Source of the DNA: Anaerolineae bacterium
Lineage (GTDB): Bacteria > Chloroflexota > Anaerolineae > Anaerolineales > UBA4823
DNA: 64,000 bases
NCBI GenBank assembly: GCA_037439525.1
Contig: JBBIVW010000008.1
Span: 884-64,883, forward strand
Direction of reading: 5' to 3'
Below the pieces are notes generated by a model. That model did no database searches, was not told where the DNA came from, and was given only the letters and a program-made list of their open reading frames with translations. Each line of letters begins with the position of its first letter. Positions within the stretch are counted from its first letter, which is position 1. Shown here one piece after another: positions 46,699 to 56,869 of the stretch. The position numbers and the translations under genes are program-made.

Positions 46699-47544
46699 CT
46701 ACTTCCATAAGAGCGGGCGCAACTGTTCCACCGAGAGGATGGCTTCCAGGACCCCTCCACCGATGGCCAGCGACTTATCCGAGATCAAGAAACAATACCG
46801 GGGGTCATTACGTGGGTCAACATCCGCGATTTTCAAGCCCTTTTGCACGCATACACCTGAGTGCATCACCCCTCGCAAAACTCCAGAGATGGCTGCGCAC
46901 GCCACCTCCCCATTCACCTCGGCGATGACCTGACCTTTCTCTAGATGATCTCCGATTTCTGCGCACGCGTGCAATACGCCATCTGCCGGAGCGCGCACCA
47001 CGCGTTGGGCGTCAATGCCCAATACCCTGTCGGGAATCGAGGTATCCGCTTCTGGTTCACCCTGCCAAAGCACGCGCCCCAGGTGGTGTCCGCGGTTCGT
47101 CTCTATGGCTACATGGCAATTCACACCGGCTATAAACCCAGGCCCCAAACCAATGACCAGTTCAACGGTGTTCCGTGCATCGGAGACAAACTTCTTCTGC
47201 ATGCGTGCATCCACAAGCACCAAGCGCGTTTCGGGAGACCTCGCTTTAAATTCGGAAACCAGCCTGGCTTCCGGATCGATAAGCACGGGAATGACCCCGC
47301 GCGGCAAAGCCTCAAGTACCGCCGAGAATTCTTGGGTCAACTCCGCAGTGACATTTTCCACGGTCACGCGCCCGGCATAGATTGCCTCTGCAAAAGACAC
47401 TTTACGACGCACTACCAATGGTTGGGGTAACTCGGTGATGACCGTTGGAATGCCTGCGCGAACCAGGCGGAAGGCCACCCCGCTTGCCAGGTCTCCCCCT
47501 CCTCGCAGGATCACGCATAACTTTGGTCGACGGAGCCGAGGCAT
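46699..47544 (-). CDS. YqeB/EF2563-type selenium-dependent molybdenum hydroxylase system protein (XdhC-C-like Rossmann)
   Basis: VILRGGGDLASGVAFRLVRAGIPTVITELPQPLVVRRKVSFAEAIYAG resembles the TIGR03309 family as I remember it. 281 aa. Confidence 0.7.
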   Translation of the reverse strand: MPRLRRPKLCVILRGGGDLASGVAFRLVRAGIPTVITELPQPLVVRRKVSFAEAIYAGRVTVENVTAELTQEFSAVLEALPRGVIPVLIDPEARLVSEFKARSPETRLVLVDARMQKKFVSDARNTVELVIGLGPGFIAGVNCHVAIETNRGHHLGRVLWQGEPEADTSIPDRVLGIDAQRVVRAPADGVLHACAEIGDHLEKGQVIAEVNGEVACAAISGVLRGVMHSGVCVQKGLKIADVDPRNDPRYCFLISDKSLAIGGGVLEAILSVEQLRPLLWK

Positions 47545-47553
47545 ACAGTGTGG

Positions 47554-49788
47554 TTAGGTCAGCTTCCCCAACCCGCGCAGCACACGCTCTGGAATAAGAG
47601 GGAATTCGTCAAACCATATACCCACCGCGTCATGCATGGCTGCCATGATTGCCGGCACGAGGGGTAAGAAGGGCATCTCACCCATGCCTCGCGCTCCCCA
47701 TGGGCCACGCGGGTCTGCATATTCCAAAATAATAGGCTGCACGCGTTCTGGCACATCTAAAACGGTGGGGATGAGGTAGGTCGAGAGGTGCTGCGTTTCG
47801 ACAATGCCGTTCCGCTGGATGAAATGCTCCATAATTCCATATCCAGCAGCCTGAACTACAGCTCCTTCGATTTGGCCCTCTACCTGCTGTGGGTTGACCG
47901 CACGCCCAACATCGTTTGCCGATGTGACATCCAGCAGGCGCACGACCCCTGTTTCGGTGTCCACCTCTACCAATACGGCTTGAGCGACATAACCATAAGC
48001 AAAATTGGGTTCACACTTTCCAGTTTGAGGGTCGTATGGTGTCGTGCTCGGGGGGCGGTACTGGTATGTGGCCACTGCAGGCCGCTCTTCGGCCCTCCAT
48101 TTTTCTAGCGCCGCCTGCACCGCGCCTTTGACTGCGTTGCCGGCCATAAAAGTCATGCGTGAGGCGGACACACTTCCCGAATTATCGGTTTTTGCCGTAT
48201 CGGCAACGATCAATTCCACCTTATCCATGCTCACACCGGCGGCTTCGGCAGCCATTTGGGCAATCACGGTATGCGCTCCCTGACCGACTTCTGCAGCCGC
48301 GTGGCGAATGACCAGGCGGTCAATCTCTGCGCCGCCATATAACTCAGCCGTTGCCCAACATTGCTCGGGAAAGCCAAAAGAGAAGCCCACGTTTTTATAA
48401 CCTGCGGCAAACCCAATGCCACGCCGAATGTGCGCGGGAGTCTCTTCTTGGAGACGCTTGAACAATCCCTGATTTGACGAAGGTCTCCAGCCTTGCTGCG
48501 TTGTTTCCCAACCGGCCGCACGTGCACAATTCTCGACCACTTGCGCCAGGCTCACTCCTGGTGGGAGTGGCGTGCCCACAGAAAGCAAAGCCCCTTCGCG
48601 CAAAACGTTCCTCTTACGTAATTCAACTGGATCCATCCCCAGGGCATGCGCCAGCTTGTTCATTTGCATTTCAGCCGCAAACAGCCCCTGTGGTCCCCCA
48701 AACCCCCGGAAAGCCCCGGCAGGGATGTTGTTTGTATATACAGCATACGAGTCCACCTTGACGTTGGGAATCTCATACGGGCCAGTGCACACCAACGTGG
48801 CATTGCCCAAAACCTTTGTCGAAGTATAGGCATAGGCGCCACCATCGGCGATGACTTCCATCTCTGCCGCGAGCAGCTTTCCCTGGCGCGTTGCCCCCCA
48901 CTTAGCGCGTATGATGTACGCATGTCGCTTATGGTGGCCAATGATCGATTCTTCGCGACTCCAGATGATCTTTACCGGGCGCGAAATACCCCTTTGATGC
49001 AATCGCCAAGCGGCCAGAGCCAGAACGATCTGGATGGACATATCTTCTCGTCCTCCAAATGCGCCGCCCACTGCGGGGTAAATCACGCGCACCTGGTCTA
49101 AGGGCAGATTCAAAGCATGGGCGATTTGTTTCTGGTCCTCATGCGCCCACTGGCCGCCCACAATGACCGCAACGCGCCCTTCTTCATCGATATACCCCAA
49201 GCCCGCCTCGGGTTGTAAATAAGCATGCTCCTGCCACGGGGTGCGATATTCCCCTTCAACAATGACCTCTGCCTGCGCAAAGGCATTATGCACATCCCCT
49301 TTGCGGATGCGGTAGTGCACCAGTACATTCGAATCTCGATCGGGGTGAAGCAAAGGTGCATCCGGGCGCATGCTCTCCAACGGATCGGTGACTACCGGAA
49401 GGTCTTCATAGGTTACCTCGATCAAATCGCGCGCCTGCGCGGCGATTTCTTCACTCTCGGCGACCACCAGCGCCACCTGGTCACCCACAAAGCGCACCCG
49501 GTCGGCGAAAGGCTTGCTCGACCCAGGCCCACACAAGACGGGCTGATCGGGCATAATCAACCCATATTCGTTCTGGGGTACATCCCTGGCAGTGAAGATG
49601 GCCAATACTCCTTCCAACGCTTCAGCTTTCGAGGTATCGAGGCGCACAACGCGCGCGTGCGGTCGATGCGCAAAGAGGATTTTCATATAAGCCTGGTTGG
49701 GGAGATTGATATCCCCGGGGAATAGTGCCTCTCCTTTTACTTTCGCCAGCGCGTCCACGCGCCTTACCGATTCTCCGACGACAGCCAT
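47554..49788 (-). CDS. xanthine dehydrogenase/aldehyde oxidase-family molybdopterin-binding large subunit
   Basis: 744 aa. The N-terminal a/b-hammerhead start is [27 protein letters not shown] and the C-terminal ARGMGEMP (catalytic Glu) are present. There is no N-terminal 2Fe-2S domain. Confidence 0.9.
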   Translation of the reverse strand: MAVVGESVRRVDALAKVKGEALFPGDINLPNQAYMKILFAHRPHARVVRLDTSKAEALEGVLAIFTARDVPQNEYGLIMPDQPVLCGPGSSKPFADRVRFVGDQVALVVAESEEIAAQARDLIEVTYEDLPVVTDPLESMRPDAPLLHPDRDSNVLVHYRIRKGDVHNAFAQAEVIVEGEYRTPWQEHAYLQPEAGLGYIDEEGRVAVIVGGQWAHEDQKQIAHALNLPLDQVRVIYPAVGGAFGGREDMSIQIVLALAAWRLHQRGISRPVKIIWSREESIIGHHKRHAYIIRAKWGATRQGKLLAAEMEVIADGGAYAYTSTKVLGNATLVCTGPYEIPNVKVDSYAVYTNNIPAGAFRGFGGPQGLFAAEMQMNKLAHALGMDPVELRKRNVLREGALLSVGTPLPPGVSLAQVVENCARAAGWETTQQGWRPSSNQGLFKRLQEETPAHIRRGIGFAAGYKNVGFSFGFPEQCWATAELYGGAEIDRLVIRHAAAEVGQGAHTVIAQMAAEAAGVSMDKVELIVADTAKTDNSGSVSASRMTFMAGNAVKGAVQAALEKWRAEERPAVATYQYRPPSTTPYDPQTGKCEPNFAYGYVAQAVLVEVDTETGVVRLLDVTSANDVGRAVNPQQVEGQIEGAVVQAAGYGIMEHFIQRNGIVETQHLSTYLIPTVLDVPERVQPIILEYADPRGPWGARGMGEMPFLPLVPAIMAAMHDAVGIWFDEFPLIPERVLRGLGKLT

Positions 49789-49824
49789 GTCCTACTCCTA
49801 TTGCGAAGTTCCATTCCTGTTTCT

Positions 49825-49853
49825 ATTATACTCCGAGGAGCGTTCTATCTCCA
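49825..49853 (-). promoter_or_regulatory. candidate sigma70 promoter TGGAGA-17-TATAAT for the Mo-hydroxylase operon
   Basis: On the minus strand, TATAAT is at 49830-49825 and TGGAGA at 49853-49848. SD aggag precedes ATG 49788. Confidence 0.5.
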
Positions 49854-49872
49854 CGTGATGACTTTTAATACC

Positions 49873-50895
49873 TTATTTAGGTGTCACTGCTTCAGGATAT
49901 TCCCCTCGATGGACTAACCAGCGAAAAGACACCATTCCAAACAGCAACGGCAACCAAAAGGTGATCCCACGGTATGCCAGGGTAAGCACAGTCGCTGCCC
50001 CCAGGGTAACGTTCAAAGAGCGCAAGCCAAGTGTCAAAGCGCCTTCAACAAAACCCAATCCTGCAGGCGTTGGCGAAACAATGAAGAAGAGGTAACCGAT
50101 ACTGAAACCGGCGATCAATGTGCCAATCGAATAAGGAACGCTAAAAGCCAGGAACACAAGCCACAAAATGCATACCAGCAAAGATTTGTTGCTCAACGCC
50201 AGAAGAAACGGGAGGACGAGGTTTTTGGGCTTTTTACGCAATTCTTTCAACCCAGCCCCGGCGTCTTCGGCAAACGCATGAGCTTTACTCTCCTGAATAT
50301 AAGGTCGATGGACGAACGGCCAGAGCAGGCGATTGACCTGCCGAGCCATCCAAGCCAAAACATTGCCCAGCGCCCTGCTCGAGCGCATGCCTAAATAAAG
50401 CACGGTTGCCAATACACAAGCGACGCTGATAAGGATAGCTGAAGGGATCAATTCACCTAAACTGAGGTTATTCCGCCGAAAGAGCACGATCAACCCCAGG
50501 GTAAGGATGCACAAAAAACCCAGGTAATCGAATAATACGACCAGAACACCGGCAATGGTCACACGTGCAGAAGAAAAACCCCTCCTCCTGGCTTCAGAGA
50601 TAAATATGGTGATACCGCCCATGCCTCCGCTAGGCGCAACGACATTGACAAAGTTCGCCGCGGAAACTTGAAAAAACAGGTTGTCCAATCGCTCATTCAA
50701 ACCGATGGCGCGATAAATAATAAAAAATGAAGCTGCCAAGTTCAGAATCCAGATGAATTCGATGGTTGCTGCCAGAGCGATAAAACGCCAGTCTCCCTGG
50801 CGTAAAGTGGTTGCGATTTGCTCTACCTCAGCGATGTTAAAAAGGATAAAGACCACTCCAAGGAGGAGCGCCACGGCAAACAACAACTTGCGCAT
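49873..50895 (-). CDS. LPG-synthase-TM/UPF0104-type flippase-like membrane protein
   Basis: From ATG 50895: MRKLLFAVALLLGVVFILFNI..., with about 8 hydrophobic helices. The longer ORF overlaps the upstream gene and is rejected. Confidence 0.6.
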   Translation of the reverse strand: MRKLLFAVALLLGVVFILFNIAEVEQIATTLRQGDWRFIALAATIEFIWILNLAASFFIIYRAIGLNERLDNLFFQVSAANFVNVVAPSGGMGGITIFISEARRRGFSSARVTIAGVLVVLFDYLGFLCILTLGLIVLFRRNNLSLGELIPSAILISVACVLATVLYLGMRSSRALGNVLAWMARQVNRLLWPFVHRPYIQESKAHAFAEDAGAGLKELRKKPKNLVLPFLLALSNKSLLVCILWLVFLAFSVPYSIGTLIAGFSIGYLFFIVSPTPAGLGFVEGALTLGLRSLNVTLGAATVLTLAYRGITFWLPLLFGMVSFRWLVHRGEYPEAVTPK

Positions 50896-50969
50896 GTAGG
50901 GGATTATACCGAAAAAAGGTGCCGGTTGACCCCAACCAGCACCTCTTCTACACATTGGGGAAAGGAAGA

Positions 50970-51677
50970 TCAGTTTCTGCGGCGCCCACTCATCCCTAGC
51001 ACCACTGTTACCCAATAGAGCAATTGCAATACAGCCGTTATCAGGGCAGCTACATAAGTTAAAGCCGCAGCATTGAGCACATGGTTGACGCCGCGCATTT
51101 CCTCTTGTGTAACGATCAGGCCGGATTCGGTCAACAAGCGACGTGCACGCGCAGAGGCGTTCAACTCGACCGGCAATGTCGCCAGGGCGAACAACGCACC
51201 CCCAGAGAAAATCGCCACTCCCAGCCAGGAAACCTGAACAAAGTTCAACACTAACCCGAGGATGATTAAAATCCAACCCAAATAGGAACCGATATTCACC
51301 GCGGGTACCAATGCGGCGCGTAACCTTAGGGGAAGGTAATCTTCTCTATCCTGCATGGCATGGCCCAATTCGTGTGCAGCAATGGCCAGCGCGGCCACAG
51401 AATTGCTGGCATACACACCCTCTGAGAGGCGCAAAACCTTCTTCTGAGGATCATAATGGTCTGTCATATGCCCGCGCACACCTTGCATTTGGATATCGTA
51501 TAAGCCAGCTGTGCGCATCAGCCTTTGTGCAGCCTCTGCGCCGGTGAGGCGGCTGCGCGCGGCCACACGGCTCCAACGATTGTATGCAGACTGCACGTAC
51601 CATTGCACCAGCATCATCAAAATGAACGCCGGCGCCATAAAGAGCAAGTACCTTGGGTCGTAGAATAAGCCAAACAT
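50970..51677 (-). CDS. YugP-type membrane zinc metallopeptidase
   Basis: HELGHAMQ (HExxH). SD gaggtg precedes ATG 51677. The N-terminus MFGLFYDPRYLLF is typical. Confidence 0.8.
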   Translation of the reverse strand: MFGLFYDPRYLLFMAPAFILMMLVQWYVQSAYNRWSRVAARSRLTGAEAAQRLMRTAGLYDIQMQGVRGHMTDHYDPQKKVLRLSEGVYASNSVAALAIAAHELGHAMQDREDYLPLRLRAALVPAVNIGSYLGWILIILGLVLNFVQVSWLGVAIFSGGALFALATLPVELNASARARRLLTESGLIVTQEEMRGVNHVLNAAALTYVAALITAVLQLLYWVTVVLGMSGRRRN

Positions 51678-51693
51678 GCTTTTCACCTCGCTT

Positions 51694-52989
51694 CTAATCC
51701 ATCTTCAATAGTTCAATGGCTTTCATGAGTTGGGGGTCATCACCCGAAGCCCAATCCTCTTCGGTCAATTCAACCACGATATCGGGTTGTAACCCCACGC
51801 CATCGATTTGTCGCTCATGCGGTGTAAGCCAGTGGGCGATGGTCACTCTAACCGCACCTTGCTCGTTCACCAGGCGGACATAATTTTGAACCGAGCCCTT
51901 GCCGTAGGTAGGCATTCCAACCAAAATCCCCCGCCCCAGGTCCTGAATCGCCCCGGCGACGATTTCGGAGGCAGAAGCGCTACCTTCATTGATCAACACC
52001 ACGATCGGGATCTCTGTGGCAAGGCCGCCCTTGCGTGCCTCATAGGTGATTTTGGTGCCATCCCCATAAATCTCGTACATGATCACCCCCTCAGCAATGA
52101 ATTGCGAAGCGACATCGATCGCCGTCTCTAAATAACCTCCACCGTTGTAGCGCAAATCAAGAATCAAGCCCCGAGGGTGCTCTTGCATCAACTTCTTCAA
52201 TTCTGCTTTCAAGTCACGCGCCGTGTGGATGCCGAAGGTGTACAGGCGAACATAGGCTATATCTTCCTCGAGCATCCTGGCTTCAACGGTGGGCACGACA
52301 ATGCTGGCGCGCTCAATCTCTACATCAAAAGGTTCCATCCCCTCGCGCAAAATGGTCAAACGCACAATCGTGCCTTTTGGGCCTAACACCTTTTGGCGCA
52401 CAAACTCGCCATCCAGGCCAGTCATATCCTCGCCGTCGATGGCAATGATCTTATCGTTGGGTTTGAGACCGGCTTTTTCAGCAGGAGAACCCGGCATGGG
52501 GCTGATGATGGTCAGGTAGTCCCCTTTGGTATCAACCCAGGCGCCGATGCCTTCATACTCCTGGCCTTCCAGTTGCGCGCTGGCACGGGCAAACATCTCC
52601 GGATCCAGATAGGTGGTATGCTCATCGCCTAACGACTCCAGCATACCGCGCAACGCGCCGCGCATCATCTCCACTTGATCAACCGGCTGGGAGACGTACT
52701 CTTCGACGACGATATTCCAGGTTTGCCAGAACGGGGCAAACAACTCCTGCAGCTCTTCTGGAGTACCCCCTTGAGGGAGTACCTCAACGCTCTGAGTTTC
52801 GGTAATGCTCGGTTCTAAAATATGTAAAAAGTCAAGAGGGCTTTTGGCGTGCCCCTCGCTGGTACGTCCGGCAATAAACCCCAGCGAAAAGGAGCCAAAA
52901 ACCAAAATCAACCCCAACAAAACGGCGCCCAGCGCCATCCATACCCTGGCGCGGGGTTTTGTTTGCATTCTGACCTGATCCTCAATCAT
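51694..52989 (-). CDS. ctpA: S41-family C-terminal processing peptidase
   Basis: TM anchor, PDZ domain (GLKPNDKIIAIDGEDMTG), and LINEGSASASEI with catalytic Ser and a downstream Lys. Confidence 0.9.
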   Translation of the reverse strand: MIEDQVRMQTKPRARVWMALGAVLLGLILVFGSFSLGFIAGRTSEGHAKSPLDFLHILEPSITETQSVEVLPQGGTPEELQELFAPFWQTWNIVVEEYVSQPVDQVEMMRGALRGMLESLGDEHTTYLDPEMFARASAQLEGQEYEGIGAWVDTKGDYLTIISPMPGSPAEKAGLKPNDKIIAIDGEDMTGLDGEFVRQKVLGPKGTIVRLTILREGMEPFDVEIERASIVVPTVEARMLEEDIAYVRLYTFGIHTARDLKAELKKLMQEHPRGLILDLRYNGGGYLETAIDVASQFIAEGVIMYEIYGDGTKITYEARKGGLATEIPIVVLINEGSASASEIVAGAIQDLGRGILVGMPTYGKGSVQNYVRLVNEQGAVRVTIAHWLTPHERQIDGVGLQPDIVVELTEEDWASGDDPQLMKAIELLKMD

Positions 52990-53262
52990 TCAAAACTCAA
53001 CCTCTAGCCGAATTCGCTTTGTGCACAAAGAATATCACATCTTGCTTAGAAAAAAATAAACACATTGCAAGAATGGCATATACATGATCTCTTGGAACTT
53101 GCGCGGAGCGGGTGTTTTTCGGATTTAATAGAAAGAGCGCTCCAAACGCTTGGCGTAAGGTGTTCCTCCGTCAGTATCCACGAAGAAGACTTTAAAGCCA
53201 CGGTTGACCCACATAACGAGTGCTTCTATAATTGGATGAACAACAACCAAAGGAGAACCCAG

Positions 53263-54336
53263 ATGAGCCAGATCCGCATCAGTTTCTGGAACCTGCAAAA
53301 CCTTTTTGATACCACCACTTCACCTATCGCGGCAGACCTGGGATTCACGCCAGAGAACGGCTGGGATGAGGCTGTCTTCGAGAAAAAATTGGCCAACCTC
53401 GCCGAAGTGATCAACCTGATGCACGCAGGCGAACTCCCAGACCTCATGGGAATGTGCGAAATCGAAAATCGCCCGTTGGTGAGCCAATTACTACAACGGT
53501 TGAATCGCGATGACTATGCCATCGCCCATGTCGAATCTCCCGATATTCGAGGCATTGACACCTCTCTGATCTATTCTCGCGAAATATTCGAGCTGGCCGG
53601 AGAGCCCACAGGACATTTGGTGCACCTGCGCTACCCTACGCGTGATATCTTCGAAGTACCTCTACGCGTGAAGGAAAATCAGGCCGAGTTATTCGTCTTG
53701 GTCAATCACTGGCCATCGCGTCGCCAGGGCACTTATGAGACGGAGCCCTTTCGGCTAACCGTGGCAAACTATTGCGGCGCGTTGGTGGACAACCTTCTCA
53801 AGATCGAGCGCGAAGAATGGCTCGCCCTCCCGGATACCGCCGAAAGCCTGGAGCTGCTCAACAGGCGATGGAACCGCAATGTGCTTCTAATGGGAGACTT
53901 CAACGACGAACCGTTCAATCGCAGTATGATCGAATATTTGCGCAGCTGCAGGGGCAGCGATCACCTGGAAGAAGGCATTAAAAAGAGCCCCAGGAGGGAA
54001 ACCCCCAGTCCCGATAGTTACCTGGCAAAACAGGCTTATTTATACAATTGTATGTGGCCTCTACTGAGTATCCCCGATGAAGGCACCTTCTACCATTCCC
54101 TTTCCATCAATCCGATGCTCATGCTCGACCAATTCATCATCTCACGCGGGTTGTTCTTTGGCTTACAGGGGCTTAAGTTGGACCCACACTCAGTCGAGGT
54201 ATTCAAGCCAGAAGTGATGTTGAGCGGGGCGAAGAAGCGGCCCAAAAAATTCGATTTCAACACCACCGGCGTGGTGACGAACGGGTATAGCGACCACTTT
54301 CCGATCCAGGCAATTATCGAGACGCTCCCAACTTAA
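53263..54336 (+). CDS. endonuclease/exonuclease/phosphatase (EEP) family protein
   Basis: SD aaaggag precedes ATG 53263. ISFWNLQNLFD, GMCEIEN, VNHWPSR, GDFND and SDHFPI motifs. Confidence 0.8.
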   Translation: MSQIRISFWNLQNLFDTTTSPIAADLGFTPENGWDEAVFEKKLANLAEVINLMHAGELPDLMGMCEIENRPLVSQLLQRLNRDDYAIAHVESPDIRGIDTSLIYSREIFELAGEPTGHLVHLRYPTRDIFEVPLRVKENQAELFVLVNHWPSRRQGTYETEPFRLTVANYCGALVDNLLKIEREEWLALPDTAESLELLNRRWNRNVLLMGDFNDEPFNRSMIEYLRSCRGSDHLEEGIKKSPRRETPSPDSYLAKQAYLYNCMWPLLSIPDEGTFYHSLSINPMLMLDQFIISRGLFFGLQGLKLDPHSVEVFKPEVMLSGAKKRPKKFDFNTTGVVTNGYSDHFPIQAIIETLPT

Positions 54337-55033
54337 AGGGGTTGAAATCCGTTTCGAAATCGTAATAATCTTCTTGCTCTAAACGCTTGAGCGTATTGAC
54401 GACGCGATATGTAATGGGAGTCATCAGCGCTTCTACGGCACATTTGAACAAATAGTTGGTGATGACCAACGAGGCCCAGATTTCAGGGACAAAACCGGGC
54501 ACGCGCAGAACAGTCGCCAGGGTGACAAACAAAGCTGTATCTACCGCCTGGCCAACCAACGTGCTTCCAATGGTGCGTGTCCATAAAAAACGACCGCGCG
54601 TGAGGATTTTCATCTTTGCCAAGACATAAGAGTTGGAAAATTCCCCACCCCAATATGCCAACAACGAGGCCAGCATGATCGCCCCTGAGCTGACGCCACC
54701 CAAGACAGCATCAAAAGCTGCCTGACCAACGTTCTCCAGCCAGTATTTTTCCCCAGGCAGGCGCGCCACGATCCACAAAGTGAGGCTCAGGAGTACCGCA
54801 CTACCAAAGCCCGCCCAAATCACCCTACGGCTATATCTGTAACCATAGACTTCGGTAAGCACATCGCCAAAGATGTAGCTGATCGGGAACAGCAGCGTAC
54901 CTGCGTCGAAAGCCAACGGCACACCCAGAAGAGTTACCCCCCAATCGACGATCTTCGCCGCAGAAGCGATGTTGCTTGCCAGCAAAACCGTAACGAAAGC
55001 CACCATGACCAGGTCAAGAAAACGGTAGCGCAT
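54314..55033 (-). CDS. yhhQ: queuosine-precursor transporter (YhhQ/DUF165 family)
   Basis: PISYIFGDVLTEVYGY and the multi-pass membrane layout. The 3' end overlaps the EEP gene by 23 nt. Confidence 0.8.
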   Translation of the reverse strand: MRYRFLDLVMVAFVTVLLASNIASAAKIVDWGVTLLGVPLAFDAGTLLFPISYIFGDVLTEVYGYRYSRRVIWAGFGSAVLLSLTLWIVARLPGEKYWLENVGQAAFDAVLGGVSSGAIMLASLLAYWGGEFSNSYVLAKMKILTRGRFLWTRTIGSTLVGQAVDTALFVTLATVLRVPGFVPEIWASLVITNYLFKCAVEALMTPITYRVVNTLKRLEQEDYYDFETDFNPFKLGASR

Positions 55034-55042
55034 CGTTCACCT

Positions 55043-55855
55043 TTAAAGCCCTAACCATGCTTGCACGAATTTTTGAAAAGAGGCAGGATCGCTGACCTGT
55101 TCCACATAGCGCAGGATGGTTTCACCATCCAGGGGATAAAGCGGATGACAGGAGGAAGGCGCCGCACCTTCAGGCGCATGCACCACGCTCTGCACCAGGC
55201 TTCCCAGCAGGTGCAAACGAGGCAATGCCGGGACGATTTCCTCCGCCGTTAGAATGACGTGTTTTGTCGTCAAAGTCAATTCCTCATCTACTCCTTTGTT
55301 GGCATTGATCCGTGCGTTACCCTCTTCATCGGCCTGTAAACAATGGATCACTGCCACATCGGGCCGGATGGCAGGGAAAGCCATCAGTTCCTCGCCACTG
55401 TAAGGGTCGTGCACAGTGCGCACATCCGGTCGCAACCTGGGCAGATCTGTGCCTAGCCAGGCGCGCCCGGGCATAAACCCCACTCCAGCCATTGCCGCAC
55501 GCAAACCGAATGCCAGGCTTGCCTCTGTCTCCTCAATGACTTCAATCTCTCCACGATTAGCCAGGTAGGTGAACATCGGCGCCAATCCAAAGATTTCGAG
55601 GCCAAAATAGCAGGTGCGCACTCGTCTGACCATGCCACAGCCTACCAATAAATCGCTCTCCAAGCCGGCTGTGAAGGCAAGTAGGGTAATGTCTTTGGGT
55701 TCTCCAGTGACATAAAATCGCCGCAACAAGGCGCGCACAAAAGCCATTGGGCGTCTATAAAGCGTCATCCCTCCTAAAGCCAGGGTGCACCCTGAGGGGA
55801 CTTGTTCAACGGCAGACTCCAGTGAAATCAGCTTCGATGAAGTCATCAACGACAA
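55043..55855 (-). CDS. CoA-transferase subunit A-like protein
   Basis: KLISLESAVEQVPSGCTLALGGMTLYRRPMAF resembles GctA/AtoD-type N-termini. No subunit B gene is adjacent. Confidence 0.6.
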   Translation of the reverse strand: MSLMTSSKLISLESAVEQVPSGCTLALGGMTLYRRPMAFVRALLRRFYVTGEPKDITLLAFTAGLESDLLVGCGMVRRVRTCYFGLEIFGLAPMFTYLANRGEIEVIEETEASLAFGLRAAMAGVGFMPGRAWLGTDLPRLRPDVRTVHDPYSGEELMAFPAIRPDVAVIHCLQADEEGNARINANKGVDEELTLTTKHVILTAEEIVPALPRLHLLGSLVQSVVHAPEGAAPSSCHPLYPLDGETILRYVEQVSDPASFQKFVQAWLGL

Positions 55856-55861
55856 CCGTCT

Positions 55862-56116
55862 CTAATCAACTTCATTCCCGGTCTTTTCGGTGGGGTGGGG
55901 CTCCATTTGTTTAAGGCTGGCAACCGCCTGAGAGAGATCTTTCAAGGCTTGATCTTCACTATTCCAGGGTTGACGCGCCCGGTGAGTGGCGCGCCTTAAC
56001 AGCTCGATCTGACCCACGGTGTGCTTCCCCGAAACCCACACGAAGATGGCCGCGTTGATACCCACGACCAGGAACAAAGTCAGGCATACTACCCAAAAGA
56101 CCTTTGAAGACTCCAT
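55862..56116 (-). CDS. small single-pass membrane protein
   Basis: MESSKVFWVVCLTLFLVVGINAAIFVWV followed by a charged tail. The alternative ATG 56131 overlaps the HAD gene. Confidence 0.4.
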   Translation of the reverse strand: MESSKVFWVVCLTLFLVVGINAAIFVWVSGKHTVGQIELLRRATHRARQPWNSEDQALKDLSQAVASLKQMEPHPTEKTGNEVD

Positions 56117-56120
56117 GGCT

Positions 56121-56813
56121 TCATTCTCCATAGCCTGAGGGCAGATGGTTCCACAGCTCAGGCAATACCTGGGGTAAGTCCACCAATGACTGCACCGCGT
56201 AGTGCGTAGAACTATAAGGGGGCAATTTGTTTGCGCCTGTGCGCTGTGCGTTATGGTTGACCCACACCGTAACAAAACCTAATTCCCTGGCGACAGACAG
56301 ATTATGTAAGGCATCGTCGCACAGTACGCAGCTCCCAGGGGAAGGACTGCCCGCCAGAAACAAGGCACGTTCGAACGCCTGGGGTTCAGGTTTGCACACA
56401 AATTCCAAGGCACGGATGTCGATAATGCCCTCAAAACAATTTTCGAGACGCAAAATATCCAGCACCCGTAAGGCATGATTTGCATCCGCGTTGGTGAAGA
56501 TCCACTTTTTCTGAGGCAGGCTGTGGATCATCTCCCTCAGAGCCGGGTCGGGTTGAAGATATGCCTGTAGGTCAACGTCATGCACAAAAGCCAGGTATTC
56601 GTTCGCATCCACCTGATAGTGGAGTTGCAAGCCGCGTAAGGTAGTGCCATACTCTCGATAATAGCGCTCGCGCAATACCTCTACCTGAGAGGGGCTCATA
56701 TTCAAGCGCTGAACCATGAAGAGGCTCATCCGCTCTCGGATCACCTCCCATAAGCCATTATCGCTTCGATAAAGGGTATCATCCAAATCAAAAAACAGAT
56801 GCGTATAGCGCAT
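56121..56813 (-). CDS. HAD-superfamily hydrolase (pyrimidine 5'-nucleotidase-like)
   Basis: From ATG 56813: MRYTHLFFDLDDTLY (DxDxT). TNA... and CVLCDDA motifs follow. Confidence 0.8.
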   Translation of the reverse strand: MRYTHLFFDLDDTLYRSDNGLWEVIRERMSLFMVQRLNMSPSQVEVLRERYYREYGTTLRGLQLHYQVDANEYLAFVHDVDLQAYLQPDPALREMIHSLPQKKWIFTNADANHALRVLDILRLENCFEGIIDIRALEFVCKPEPQAFERALFLAGSPSPGSCVLCDDALHNLSVARELGFVTVWVNHNAQRTGANKLPPYSSTHYAVQSLVDLPQVLPELWNHLPSGYGE

Positions 56814-56869
56814 GGGGTAATTATATCCTCTACCCCTCTTAAGTGATAGGTATCCCTTATAATAGTTGC

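Noticed and set aside
49873-51276. Full-length 467-aa ORF for the flippase-like membrane protein.
   Set aside because: Its first 127 codons are Cys/Arg-rich, overlap the YugP peptidase gene, and look non-coding. ATG 50895 gives a normal membrane-protein N-terminus.
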